A DNA stretch of 64,000 nt, from positions 3,712,001-3,776,000 of the forward strand of contig OY968796.1 in NCBI GenBank assembly GCA_963695545.1, given 5' to 3'. Numbering within the stretch: the first letter of the stretch is position 1; each line of letters begins with the position of its first letter. Made by a program: the position numbers and the translations under genes. Positions 1 through 9,470 of this stretch are shown piece after piece. The notes beneath the pieces were generated by a model. The model saw only the letters and a program-made list of their open reading frames with translations, was not told the DNA's origin and did not search any database. The DNA comes from Terriglobia bacterium. Lineage in GTDB: Bacteria > Acidobacteriota > Terriglobia > Acidiferrales > UBA7541.

Positions 1-1471
1 CGATTTCCAGGTGATGTCTGATCACGTGAATACGCCGCCGACGCCGCCCACACGCTACTACCCTTATATCGCGCCAGGATTTGAGCAGTGCGTGTTGAAG
101 TCCCTGGCGAAAAACCCGGACCAGCGATTCCAAACTGTCGAAGAATTCGGTGCAGGTCTTGAGCATCCCTTGGGCTTGCCGGGCTACGTTCCGGTAATGC
201 CCGTTCAAGGACAATGGGTGCAGCCAGCTCCTTCTGTGATGCCAGCCGGAGGTTGGACTCCGCCCGGTACTCCGACAGGCCAGCCCGCAGGCGGAGGTTG
301 GACTCCGACGGGCGCCTCCCCGGGCGGCCAATGGACACCGCCGGGAACGCCGCCTCCACCGCCGGCGCGAGGTTGGACTCCTCCGCCGGGGACGCCGCCT
401 GGAGGAACGTATCCCGGTGCGCCCGCCGCAGCGCAACCCTCGATGGGCGGGGCAACTTGGATTGGAGATGGCCCTCCCGGTTCGGGACCCGCGTATGTCC
501 CCGGGATGGCCGGCGCGACGCAGGCGCCCTTCCCACCCGGGCCGGGCACTGGTGCGCCGACCACGGCGGCATCGAGCGGGCCTTCCAAGAACGTGATTTT
601 CGCCATTATCGGCGCCGCAGCGCTTCTCCTGATTATCCTGGGCGTCGCAGTTGCGCACTTCCGCAGCTCATCCGACGCAGATGGCGGCGGCAACTCGTCC
701 TCTCCGTACGCGGGCGGAGGTGGCGGCGGATCCACTGGCGGCGGATCGAGCTCGGGTGGCGGCAGCAGCAGCGCGAGTAGCGGCAGCGGGAGTAGCGCGT
801 CGAACCAGACTCCAGCGCCGGCGATCAGCTCCGGTGAAAGTGGCAACGGCGCGGGCGGTCTTTCCGGCGGGAGCAACGGCGGAAGCAGCGGTGCCGCCGG
901 GCTCGTTCCGCAACCCACTTCACCGTCTTCTCCGTCTTCGCCTGCGGGCGGAAACGGCGGGTCGACTCACGCTGCGCCTCCGCGCAAGAGCGCCGCGAAT
1001 GCTAACCCGCCGCCCCCAACCTCAGCGTCCCCGCCCGCAGCGCCAGCGGAATCGACGAATCCAGCGCCGCCCGTCGCTCCGTCAGCAGCACCGACGCCGG
1101 CCAGGGCCACCCCGGCGCCGGCTCCCGCGGCGTCAGCTCCGACGACCGCGGGGTCTCACCGATACTTTGTTCAGCACCGGCATCTCTCCATCGACTTCAA
1201 AAGCAAGACTGGAACTTCGCAATCCTACTGCGAGGGATATTTGACCGTTAACTCTGACGGGACGGGCAGCTACTACTGCACGCAAACTTTCGATGGCCGC
1301 TGCGACCGCGTGGCGTTTGGCGCAGGTTCGATCCACGAAGTCAAAGTCAATGGCACCCAACTGCATCTTTCATCGTCGTACGGCAACTACGACTTTTACG
1401 GAACCGGCGCGTCCGCTGCCTCTGACATGCAGGCCGCGTTCCAGACCCTCTCTCAAACCGTAAAACATTAG
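1..1471 (+). CDS. Hanks-type Ser/Thr protein kinase, 5'-truncated (end of kinase domain, Pro-rich linker, TM helix, low-complexity extracellular region, small C-terminal domain)
   Basis: 'CVLKSLAKNPDQRFQTVEEF' resembles kinase subdomain XI; hydrophobic helix VIFAIIGAAALLLIILGVAVA; reading frame is open at the window edge. Confidence 0.8.
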   Translation, partial: DFQVMSDHVNTPPTPPTRYYPYIAPGFEQCVLKSLAKNPDQRFQTVEEFGAGLEHPLGLPGYVPVMPVQGQWVQPAPSVMPAGGWTPPGTPTGQPAGGGWTPTGASPGGQWTPPGTPPPPPARGWTPPPGTPPGGTYPGAPAAAQPSMGGATWIGDGPPGSGPAYVPGMAGATQAPFPPGPGTGAPTTAASSGPSKNVIFAIIGAAALLLIILGVAVAHFRSSSDADGGGNSSSPYAGGGGGGSTGGGSSSGGGSSSASSGSGSSASNQTPAPAISSGESGNGAGGLSGGSNGGSSGAAGLVPQPTSPSSPSSPAGGNGGSTHAAPPRKSAANANPPPPTSASPPAAPAESTNPAPPVAPSAAPTPARATPAPAPAASAPTTAGSHRYFVQHRHLSIDFKSKTGTSQSYCEGYLTVNSDGTGSYYCTQTFDGRCDRVAFGAGSIHEVKVNGTQLHLSSSYGNYDFYGTGASAASDMQAAFQTLSQTVKH

Positions 1472-1630
1472 TCATGTTTTTCGCTCGGCCATCGCGGCTC
1501 GCGCGGACGCCGCGTCGAATGGTGTTAACCAATTCGGACGCCTCGCTCGATCTGCTCGATGCTTTCGCCACGCTCAGAGCTACATTGTTGGCGTTCGGGC
1601 TAGAGCAATTGCCCCGGCGAACAGGAAAAT

Positions 1631-2026
1631 ATGAGCCGCATTTTCGAGGCAATCAGGAAGGCGCAACAAGATCGCGAGGAACGGGCGCATCGGGAACCCG
1701 CCGCAATCGGACCCGGCCCGCGCTCTGACCGGCGCAGGAGCCGGCGATGGACGCTCGATGTGCCGGTGTTTGTGTACGGGCACAGCACGGCGCAGGAGCC
1801 GTTTCACGAGGAGGCTCATACGCTCGACGTCAGTGCGAATGGCGCTCTCTTAATGCTCGGCGCAAGCGTGCAGGCGGGACAAAAACTTTTGCTGATCAAC
1901 AAAACGACGCAGACGGAACAGGAATGCCGCGTGGTGTATCTGGGCGCGCGGCGCACGTCGTCGGCCGCGGTGGCCGTAGAGTTTGGTCAAGCGAACGCGC
2001 CGTTCTGGCAAATCTCGGCGCGCTGA
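1631..2026 (+). CDS. PilZ domain protein (putative c-di-GMP receptor)
   Basis: RRRSRR (RxxxR) and DVSANG (DxSxxG) motifs; AGGA upstream of ATG. Confidence 0.8.
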   Translation: MSRIFEAIRKAQQDREERAHREPAAIGPGPRSDRRRSRRWTLDVPVFVYGHSTAQEPFHEEAHTLDVSANGALLMLGASVQAGQKLLLINKTTQTEQECRVVYLGARRTSSAAVAVEFGQANAPFWQISAR

Positions 2027-2112
2027 GTGCGGCTCGATCCCGCTACGGCGCGACGTTAATGAGCGCGCGAACCTGAACCGCGCGGTGTTGACGATCGTCG
2101 CCTACAAATTCC

Positions 2113-2799
2113 TCACGAAATCTTGCCGAGATACAGGGCCATCCCCACGGCCGAATCCATTTTCAATTTTTCGAGCGCGCGGATTTCCCGTTGACTGCGA
2201 ATTCCGCCGGCCGCAGTGATTGGCAATCGCGTGGCGCGGCGCAGGCTGCGAAACCAAGCGAGGTTCGTGCCGCGCATCGTGCCCTCGGTATCGACATAAG
2301 TGCACAGAAATTCCGAAGCGTAAGGCTCGAGCTCCGCGAGGACGTCGCGCGGTTCAAGACGCAATCGCTCGCGCCAACCTCGCACCAAGATCCGGCCGCG
2401 CTCCGTATCGAGCGCAATCACCAATCGCCGCCGGCCGCACGCTGCGACCAAGCGCCGCAAGAAGGCGTGATTCACGCGGCCGTTGCGGAACGCCGCGCTG
2501 CCAACAATCACTTTTTCCGCTCCCCAAGCGGCGATTCGCCGCGCTTGCGCCACGCTGCGAATTCCTCCGCCGACGCGCACGCGCATGCCCGCGCGCCGCG
2601 CCGCGCGACACACTTGGCGCACCAGGCGCGCGTTCGAACCTTTGCGCATCGCCGCATCGAGATCGATTATGTGCAGGCGAGGGTAGACACTGAATCGATT
2701 GACGAGACCGAGCACGTCATCCACGGCCAAGCGCCGCTTGCGGCCGTGAACGAGTTGCACGGCGCGGCCGTCCTGAAGATCGATGCATGGAACAAGCAT
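2113..2799 (-). CDS. hisA: ProFAR isomerase HisA
   Basis: PCIDLQDGRAVQL, IIDLDAA, VGGGIRS, AAGGIRS motifs; last gene of his operon. Confidence 0.9.
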   Translation of the reverse strand: MLVPCIDLQDGRAVQLVHGRKRRLAVDDVLGLVNRFSVYPRLHIIDLDAAMRKGSNARLVRQVCRAARRAGMRVRVGGGIRSVAQARRIAAWGAEKVIVGSAAFRNGRVNHAFLRRLVAACGRRRLVIALDTERGRILVRGWRERLRLEPRDVLAELEPYASEFLCTYVDTEGTMRGTNLAWFRSLRRATRLPITAAGGIRSQREIRALEKLKMDSAVGMALYLGKIS

Positions 2800-2806
2800 G
2801 ATTGTG

Positions 2807-3571
2807 TTACGCGCTCACGCGCATCGGGACGCCGCGTTCAGCCAGAAATCGCTTGAGCGCGCCGAACCCCTGCAAGTTATCGTGGAAAATCGAGGCGGCC
2901 AGCGCAGCATCGGCTTTGCCCTTCTCGAAGACGTCGAGAAAATCCTGCGGCGTGTCCGCGCCACCCGAAGCGATCACGGGCACCGAAACCGTTTCCGATA
3001 CCGCCGCGGTCAACTCGCAGTCGAAACCTTGGCGAGTGCCGTCGCGATCCATCGAAGTCAGCAGAATTTCGCCTGCGCCGCGCTCGACACCTTCGTGCGC
3101 CCAAGCCACGGCGTCAAGATCGGTGGCTTCGTGGCCGCCGCGCACATAGGCGCGCCAACTTTTGCCGTCGCGGCGCGCGTCAATCGCCAGCACCACGGCT
3201 TGCGCGCCGAATTCCGCAGCCAGTTCGGTAAGCAACTCCGGGCGCCGGATCGCGGCGGTATTCACCGTCACTTTGTCCGCACCGGCGCGCAAAATCGATT
3301 GGCCGTCCTCCAGTGTATTGATTCCACCGCCGGCGCTGAGCGGAATCGCGAGCTCGGCGGCCACACGGCGAATCGTTTCGAGGAAAGTCGGTCGATGATC
3401 GCGCGATGCGGCGATATCGAGAACCACCAATTCGTCGGCGCCTTCGCGGTTGTAGCGCGCCGCGAGTTCCGCGGGATCGCCGGCATCGCGGAGGTGGATG
3501 AACTGCACACCCTTCACGACGCGACTGCCGTCGGTATCAAGGCACGGAATAATGCGACGCGCGAGGCTCAT
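2807..3571 (-). CDS. hisF: imidazole glycerol phosphate synthase cyclase subunit
   Basis: RIIPCLD, VVKG, GAGEILLTSMDRDGT, ALAASIFH. Confidence 0.97.
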   Translation of the reverse strand: MSLARRIIPCLDTDGSRVVKGVQFIHLRDAGDPAELAARYNREGADELVVLDIAASRDHRPTFLETIRRVAAELAIPLSAGGGINTLEDGQSILRAGADKVTVNTAAIRRPELLTELAAEFGAQAVVLAIDARRDGKSWRAYVRGGHEATDLDAVAWAHEGVERGAGEILLTSMDRDGTRQGFDCELTAAVSETVSVPVIASGGADTPQDFLDVFEKGKADAALAASIFHDNLQGFGALKRFLAERGVPMRVSA

Positions 3572-4233
3572 CGCGCCGCACCGCGGTTTTTCTGGCCGCT
3601 GCCGTTCTGCGCGTACCGCGCGGCCAGTCGCAGGAAATTATCAAGCAACTTCGCGCCGGCCTGACCGGATTTTTCCGGATGGAATTGCACCCCGAAGATA
3701 TTGCCGCTCTCGACCACGGCGACGAAACGCCCGCCGTGATCGCAGAGCGCCGATTCGGCGTGGTCCAGTTCCGTTGCGCCGGGCAGTGCCGCGAACGAGT
3801 TGGCAAAGTAAAAATACGCATCGATTGGCACGCCCTCGAGCAAGCGAGCCGGTTCGCGCCGCTCGAGCTGATTCCATCCCATGTGCGGCAATTTCGCCGT
3901 TGGCGGAAGCGCAGCCACGCGTCCGGGAAAAATGCCGAGACCGCGATCTTCGGGCGCTTCATCGCTTGCGGAAAATAGGGCCTGCAGGCCCAAACAAATG
4001 CCGAGAAACGGCACGCCGCGAGAAATGCGTTCGCGCAAAGGGTCGATCATTCCGCGCTCGCCGAGTTGCCGCATCAGCGCGCCGAAATGGCCAACGCCGG
4101 GCAGAATGATGGCTTCCGCGTCGCCGAGCGCCTCCGGAGCGGGCGCGCGAAACGTGTCGGCGCCCAAGCGCGCAAGGGCGCGCTCAACCGAAGGCAAATT
4201 GCCCGCGCCGTATTCAACTAGCGCAATTTTCAT
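3568..4233 (-). CDS. hisH: imidazole glycerol phosphate synthase glutaminase subunit
   Basis: YGAGNL, ILPGVGHF, GICLGLQ, QFHPEKS; start at 4233 overlaps hisB stop (ATGA). Confidence 0.95.
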   Translation of the reverse strand: MKIALVEYGAGNLPSVERALARLGADTFRAPAPEALGDAEAIILPGVGHFGALMRQLGERGMIDPLRERISRGVPFLGICLGLQALFSASDEAPEDRGLGIFPGRVAALPPTAKLPHMGWNQLERREPARLLEGVPIDAYFYFANSFAALPGATELDHAESALCDHGGRFVAVVESGNIFGVQFHPEKSGQAGAKLLDNFLRLAARYAQNGSGQKNRGAAR

Positions 4234-4817
4234 ATCAAGCCCTTGGTCGAAGGCAGAATGCGTTTCATCTGCGGATCGCGCGCCGCCGCGAAGCGCAACG
4301 CCCGCGCAAACGCTTTGAATATGGCTTCCACCTGATGATGTGTTGAGCGGCCGTAAATCAGGCGCGCATGGACGTTGGCGCGCGCAGCCTGCGCGAAGCC
4401 ACCGAGAAAATCCTCCACCAGCTCGGTTTGAAAATCTCCGACGCGCGCGGCGGAAAACTTGCACCGGCAAACGCAGTGCGGCCGTCCGCTGAAATCGATG
4501 GCCACGGAAGCCAACGTTTCATCCATGGGCATCAGGCTGTAGCCCGCGCGCAGAATGCCGCGTTTCGATCCCAATGCTTTGGTCACCGCTTCGCCCAGCG
4601 CGATGCCGCAATCTTCGACGGTGTGGTGTTGATCGACATCCAGATCGCCGCGCGCCGCAAGCTCCAAATCCATCGCACCGTGGCGCGCGACAAGTTGCAA
4701 CATGTGGTCGAAAAAGCGAATGCCCGTCGAGACGCGCGCACGTCCGCGCCCGTCGAGATTTAGGCGCAGGCGGACGTCGGTCTCGCTGGTTTTGCGGTGC
4801 AGCTGTGCGCGCCTCAT
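4230..4817 (-). CDS. hisB: imidazoleglycerol-phosphate dehydratase (monofunctional)
   Basis: TGIRFFDHML, DQHHTVED, PMDE, HHQVEAIFKA, PSTKG. Confidence 0.97.
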   Translation of the reverse strand: MRRAQLHRKTSETDVRLRLNLDGRGRARVSTGIRFFDHMLQLVARHGAMDLELAARGDLDVDQHHTVEDCGIALGEAVTKALGSKRGILRAGYSLMPMDETLASVAIDFSGRPHCVCRCKFSAARVGDFQTELVEDFLGGFAQAARANVHARLIYGRSTHHQVEAIFKAFARALRFAAARDPQMKRILPSTKGLI

Positions 4818-5509
4818 ATCCAATATTTCTCCAGTTCGATGGCTTTGTCCAAGATGCGCAACGCTCCGAATTTCCGCAGCAGGCCGGCGCGAATGCGCCG
4901 CGCTTTGGGAGTTCCGCCGCCCGGAAGCACGCCGAAAAACGGCACGCCCGCGCGCTGCGATGACAACGCATCATCCACGTTGTCGCCCAAATAGACGGCG
5001 TCGCGCGGATTGAGCTTTCCGAGCACCCGCAACAACCCCTCGGGATCGGGCTTAAGCCGGTCGACGTCGTCCATCGTGACGATCTTCGTGAAATATTGCC
5101 GCATCTTCAATCGGTCGAGCGTGTGATGCAGCTCCGTTCGCGTTCGCCCCGTAAATAATGCAAGCGGCGCGCGCCGTGACCATCGCTCGAGGCGCGCGCG
5201 CGGCACCAGCCATCGCTCGCGCGTCACGTTGCCCGGACATCCCTTTTCTCCCCAGTAGAATTTCATGAACTGCCTCTTCACCGTCGCGTAGCTGACTTTT
5301 CCGCCGAGCGACGCAATCCAGGCGGTCGAAAGGCGCCAATCGTCGTTGTAGCCGCCGCGATTTTTCCACGCGGAGATTTCGGCGTAGGTTACGCGGCGAC
5401 CCGTGAAATACCGTACGGTGTCGAGAATCGACTTGTGAAACGAACCGCGCACATCCACCAGCACGCCGTCCACGTCGAAAATCAAAAGCTGCGGCGAGAT
5501 GCGCATCAC
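4814..5509 (-). CDS. HAD-superfamily hydrolase, probable histidinol-phosphatase
   Basis: FDVDGVL motif I, KPDPEG, YLGDNVDD; translationally coupled between hisC and hisB. Confidence 0.8.
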   Translation of the reverse strand: MMRISPQLLIFDVDGVLVDVRGSFHKSILDTVRYFTGRRVTYAEISAWKNRGGYNDDWRLSTAWIASLGGKVSYATVKRQFMKFYWGEKGCPGNVTRERWLVPRARLERWSRRAPLALFTGRTRTELHHTLDRLKMRQYFTKIVTMDDVDRLKPDPEGLLRVLGKLNPRDAVYLGDNVDDALSSQRAGVPFFGVLPGGGTPKARRIRAGLLRKFGALRILDKAIELEKYWI

Positions 5510-6597
5510 CGCGAATCCTTGAACACATGGATGGCGCGCAGCAGACGATCGTTCTGCTCCGCCGTGCCCACTGTGATGCGCACGAATCCTTCGCGCCCGA
5601 ATTCCGCAGCGCGGTCGCGCAGCAAGATGCCTTGGCGCGCAAGGCGCTTCACCATGCGCGTGGCGTCCTTGCCGAAATCCACGAGCAGAAAATTCGCCTC
5701 GCTTGGAAAAACGCGCGCGCCCATATTTTCAAGACTCATCATCAGTGGCGCGCGATTGCGCACAACCTCTTCGGCGTAGGCGCGCAGCGCGCGCGGCTCG
5801 CGGATCACGGCTTCGGCTGCAACTAGCGCTGCCGTGTTTACTGGATACGGCGAATCGGCGCGCTTGAGCGCCGCAATCATTTCTGACGCGGCAAACAAGC
5901 AACCCAATCGCAATCCCGCCAGAGCCGCCGTCTTTGAAAATGTGCGCGAGACAACCAGATTGGGATATCGGCGAATCCACGGCAGCACCGACACGCCCGA
6001 AAACTCGAAGTATGCCTCGTCCACAAGCACCAGCGTTCGCGGCGCTGCCTGCAGAAGCGCGCGAATCTGTTCCTGCGACACAAGCGTTCCGGTGGGATTG
6101 TTCGGATTCGCGATCAGAAGCGCGCGGGGCTTGCGCTTCAACTCCCGCAGCACTCGTTCCTGCGGAAAACGCGTGTCGGCTTCGTAGCGCATCTCGATGT
6201 CGTACCGGAGCGCGCGAATTCGAGCGCCGGCGAGCTGCGCGTAAAACCGGTACATGTTAAATGTGGGCTCGACGATCACAACTGTGCTGCCAGGTTCGAC
6301 AAACGTGTCCATCAGAACGTGCAGCGCGTCGTCCACGCCATTGGTGAGAAGCAATTCATCGGGCCGCACTTTGAAAAATCGAGCGAGGCGCGCCGCCGCC
6401 GCTTCGTACTCCGGATAGATCGCGATCTGCTCGGGCGTGAGCTTCCGCAGCGCGCGCAGCACGGCAGGCGAGCAACCTCCGGTGTTTTCGTTGAAATCGA
6501 GGCGCAACTTTCCCGCGCGCCCTTCCACCGGCGCGACATACGGCTCAAGCTCGGCGACGAAGCGGCGCAACGGAACCTTCGGCAGGCGCGCCCTCAT
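5506..6597 (-). CDS. hisC: histidinol-phosphate aminotransferase
   Basis: LDFNEN, NPNNPTG, VDEAY, RTFSK..LAGLRLG; true start MRARLPK at 6597 (the longer ORF to 7209 is frameshifted hisD sequence). Confidence 0.93.
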   Translation of the reverse strand: MRARLPKVPLRRFVAELEPYVAPVEGRAGKLRLDFNENTGGCSPAVLRALRKLTPEQIAIYPEYEAAAARLARFFKVRPDELLLTNGVDDALHVLMDTFVEPGSTVVIVEPTFNMYRFYAQLAGARIRALRYDIEMRYEADTRFPQERVLRELKRKPRALLIANPNNPTGTLVSQEQIRALLQAAPRTLVLVDEAYFEFSGVSVLPWIRRYPNLVVSRTFSKTAALAGLRLGCLFAASEMIAALKRADSPYPVNTAALVAAEAVIREPRALRAYAEEVVRNRAPLMMSLENMGARVFPSEANFLLVDFGKDATRMVKRLARQGILLRDRAAEFGREGFVRITVGTAEQNDRLLRAIHVFKDSR

Positions 6598-7860
6598 CGC
6601 CGCACCTCGACGCAGCGCGCGATGCGCCGCCAGATCCTTCGGCGCCGGCCAGCGCGCGAGCCACCGGCTCCAGGCTACGGAATCCCGCGCGCGATATTTG
6701 CTGCACGCTCGATGCAGCGCACAAAATCCGCCGCTCGAAAGCCCGCCGCGAACGCGCGCCCAACCGCCGGTGGGCAAAACGTGATTGGTGCCGCTCGCGT
6801 AATCGCCGATCGATTGCGCGCTCCACGGCCCCACAAAAATGCTGCCCGCCGCGCGCAATTCCGCCAAGAGAGCGCGCTCCGCGCCCGGAATGCTCAGATG
6901 TTCCGGCGCAAATGAATTCGCGAATTCGGTGGCGGCGGCGATATTCTTCGCTACCAAAATCGCGCCGTTTCGCGCGAGCGCTCGCCGCGCCGGATTCGTC
7001 GCAGGCAATCCGCGCAGCTCAGATTCCACTTCCGCCTGCACGGCCGCGGCCAGTTTCTTCGATGTCGTTACGAACAGAGCGCGCGCGTCCGGATCGTGCT
7101 CGGCCTGCGCCACCAGATCGGCGGCGATGAAACGCGCGTTCCCGCGCGTCGCGACCACGAGCACTTCGGTCGGCCCCGCCAGCATATCCATGGCGCAGTC
7201 CGCGCTCACGATGCTGTTTCGCCGCGGTGACGTATCGGTTGCCCGGGCCCGAAGATTTTATCCACGCGCGGCACCGAGTGCGTTCCGTAGGCCAGCGCGC
7301 GCGATCGCCTGCGCGCCGCCGATGCGCGCGATCTCCGTCAAGCCCAGCAGATTCCGCCGCCGCCAGCACCGCCGGGTTGGGCTTCGGGCACGCCACAACG
7401 ATTCGCTTCACTCCGGCAACTTGCGCCGGCACCGCCGTCATCAGCAGCGTTGAAACCAGCGAAAATCGTCCGCCCGGAACGTAGCAGCCGATGGCATCGA
7501 GCGGCGCGACTCGCTGCCCGACCCGCACGCCCGGCTCGACGAGCAAACTCCATTCGCGCGGCAATTGCCGCTCGGCAACGCGGCGAATGTTGCGCGCCGC
7601 GTGCTCGAGGGCACGCCACAATTCCGGCGCCACACTGCGCCGCGCCGCGCGCAATTTCTCTGCGCGCCACCCACAGCGTGCGCGGCCCGAGCGCGGCTTT
7701 GTCCAGGCGCTTGCGTCCACGCAAACAGCGCGCGTCTCCGCGCCGCTCGACATCGCGCACGATCCGCGCAGCCACGGCCAGCGCGGCGGCGATCGGCGGC
7801 GCGGCGCGCGCTCGAGAAACTTCGCCGCGACGTCGCGTGGTTGAGTGGCAGAATTCGCAT
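6594..7860 (-). CDS. hisD: histidinol dehydrogenase, broken by several frameshifts (probably sequencing errors)
   Basis: HisD motifs split across frames: GCYVPGG, GPGNRYVTAAK, DMLAGPTEV, AQAEHD, APEHL, GDYASGTNHVLPT. Confidence 0.88.
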
Positions 7861-8817
7861 CAGAGCACGATCTTATTCAGCGGATATTCCACAATTCCCT
7901 GCGCCTCGGCGGCCTTCAGTTTCGGAATCAGCTGGCGCACCACGTCTTCATCGACGATCGTGTTTACGGCGACCCACTCCGGATCGGCCAGCGTGCGAAA
8001 TCGTCGGATTTTTCAGCGCGGGCAAAACCGCGGATACAGCGTCAAGCTGCGCGCGCCGCACGTTCAGCATGAGCCCGACTTTGCTGTACGCCGCAATCGC
8101 GCCCGAGAGCAGCAGCGCGATGTTGCCAATCTTCTCTTTCTTCCACGGATCGGCGGCCGCGGCGCGGTTGGCGATGAACACCGTGCGCGATTCGAGAACC
8201 GTATCCACAATGCGCAGACGATTGGCGCGCAGCGACGCGCCAGTCTCGGTGACTTCGACGATGGCGTCGGCCAGTTGCGGCACTTTCACTTCCGTCGCGC
8301 CCCAGGAAAATTCCACGCGCGCTTTCACCTTGTGCCTATCGAGATATTTCTGCGTCAGGTTCACCACTTCGGTCGCGATCACTTTCCCTTCGAGCGCCGC
8401 GACGGTAGTGGCCTCGGATTCCTCCGGCACGGCCAGCACCCAGCGCACCGGCGCCAGACTTTGTTTCGCGTAGAGCAGCTCGGCGATCTCTGTCACCTCC
8501 GCGCCGGTCTCGAGCACCCAATCGCGCCCGGTGATCCCGGCGTCAAGCGCGCCGGTTTCGACGTATCGCGCCATTTCCTGCGCGCGCACCAGCATGCAAG
8601 TGATTTCCGGATCGTCGATGGCGGGAAAATAGCTGCGCGCGTTCGCCGCGATGCGCCAACCGGCGCGCGCGAAAAGTTGTACGGTGGCATCCTGCAAACT
8701 GCCTTTCGGAATGCCAAGTTTCAGGCGGCGCGTCGGCGCGCTCGTTGCACCGCTTTTCGCTTCGCGCGCCGCGCCGCTTTTCGCGCCGCTCGCCTTGCCG
8801 CCGCGTTGCTTGGTCAT
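7860..8817 (-). CDS. hisG: ATP phosphoribosyltransferase (long form), one frameshift near 7995
   Basis: [33 protein letters not shown]-terminal ...[12 protein letters not shown] continues in a shifted frame. Confidence 0.92.
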
Positions 8818-9203
8818 CGCCCCGCTCCTTCGCCGTAGACCGCCTTGGGATCGAATGTTCGCTCGGCGACGAGGGTCACGCCGCCATCCGCATCGAGGCG
8901 CCGAAAAAAACAGCTCCGATAACCTTCGTGACAAACTCCCGGCCCAACGGCGTCAACGCTGATAACCAACGCGTCGGCGTCGCAATCAAAAAGAATTTCT
9001 CGAACGCGCAACACATGACCGCTCGATTCGCCCTTGCGCCACAGTTTGTTTCGCGAACGGCTGAAAAAGGTTACGTCGCCCGAAGCGCGAGTAGCCGCGA
9101 GCGCCGCGTCATTCATGAATCCGAGCATGAGTATTTCCTTGGACGTCGCGTCCTGGATCACCGCCGGCAAGAGTCCTCCGGACTTTTCAAAGGCAAGCTG
9201 CAT
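8814..9203 (-). CDS. hisI: phosphoribosyl-AMP cyclohydrolase (monofunctional)
   Basis: [30 protein letters not shown]. Confidence 0.95.
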   Translation of the reverse strand: MQLAFEKSGGLLPAVIQDATSKEILMLGFMNDAALAATRASGDVTFFSRSRNKLWRKGESSGHVLRVREILFDCDADALVISVDAVGPGVCHEGYRSCFFRRLDADGGVTLVAERTFDPKAVYGEGAGR

Positions 9204-9281
9204 CTCGTTCTCCCTTTTCGCTTCTGGTGCGGCCGGCGCGGCGAAATGTGCGGCGCGCGCCCGTTTTCCAGGCTGTCACCA

Positions 9282-9318
9282 ATAAAAAAGCCCGCTGGCG
9301 CTTACCGCGCCAGCGGGC
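9282..9318 (-). terminator. his attenuator terminator
   Basis: 12-bp stem GCCCGCTGGCGC/GCGCCAGCGGGC with 5-nt loop, then a U-run on the minus strand, between the leader peptide and hisI. Confidence 0.9.
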
Positions 9319-9341
9319 CAATGAGTGCGATGCGATTCGCG

Positions 9342-9413
9342 CTACTCAGGCCTCCGCGAGCACGGCCGTACCTCGGCGTGATGATGGTGATGGCGATGTG
9401 CGGAGAGTCTCAT
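9342..9413 (-). CDS. hisL: his operon leader peptide MRLSAHRHHHHHAEVRPCSRRPE
   Basis: 6 His codons (5 consecutive) in a 23-aa ORF just upstream of a terminator and hisI. Confidence 0.9.
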   Translation of the reverse strand: MRLSAHRHHHHHAEVRPCSRRPE

Positions 9414-9423
9414 GACGCTAATT

Positions 9424-9452
9424 AGATTAGCCGAGCCGCGAACCGCCGTCAA
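9424..9452 (-). promoter_or_regulatory. sigma70-type promoter of his leader
   Basis: TTGACG-N17-TAATCT, 10 nt upstream of the leader ATG. Confidence 0.75.
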
Positions 9453-9470
9453 GTATGTGCGCGCGATAGG

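Noticed and set aside
5506..7209. Apparent HisD-HisC fusion ORF (567 aa)
   Set aside because: Produced by frameshifts in hisD; hisC has its own ATG at 6597 overlapping the hisD stop
6594..8000. hisD/hisG as pseudogenes or programmed frameshifts
   Set aside because: Multiple small indels are clustered in otherwise well-conserved genes of an intact, regulated operon with no obvious slippery sites; more likely read or assembly errors (check raw reads)
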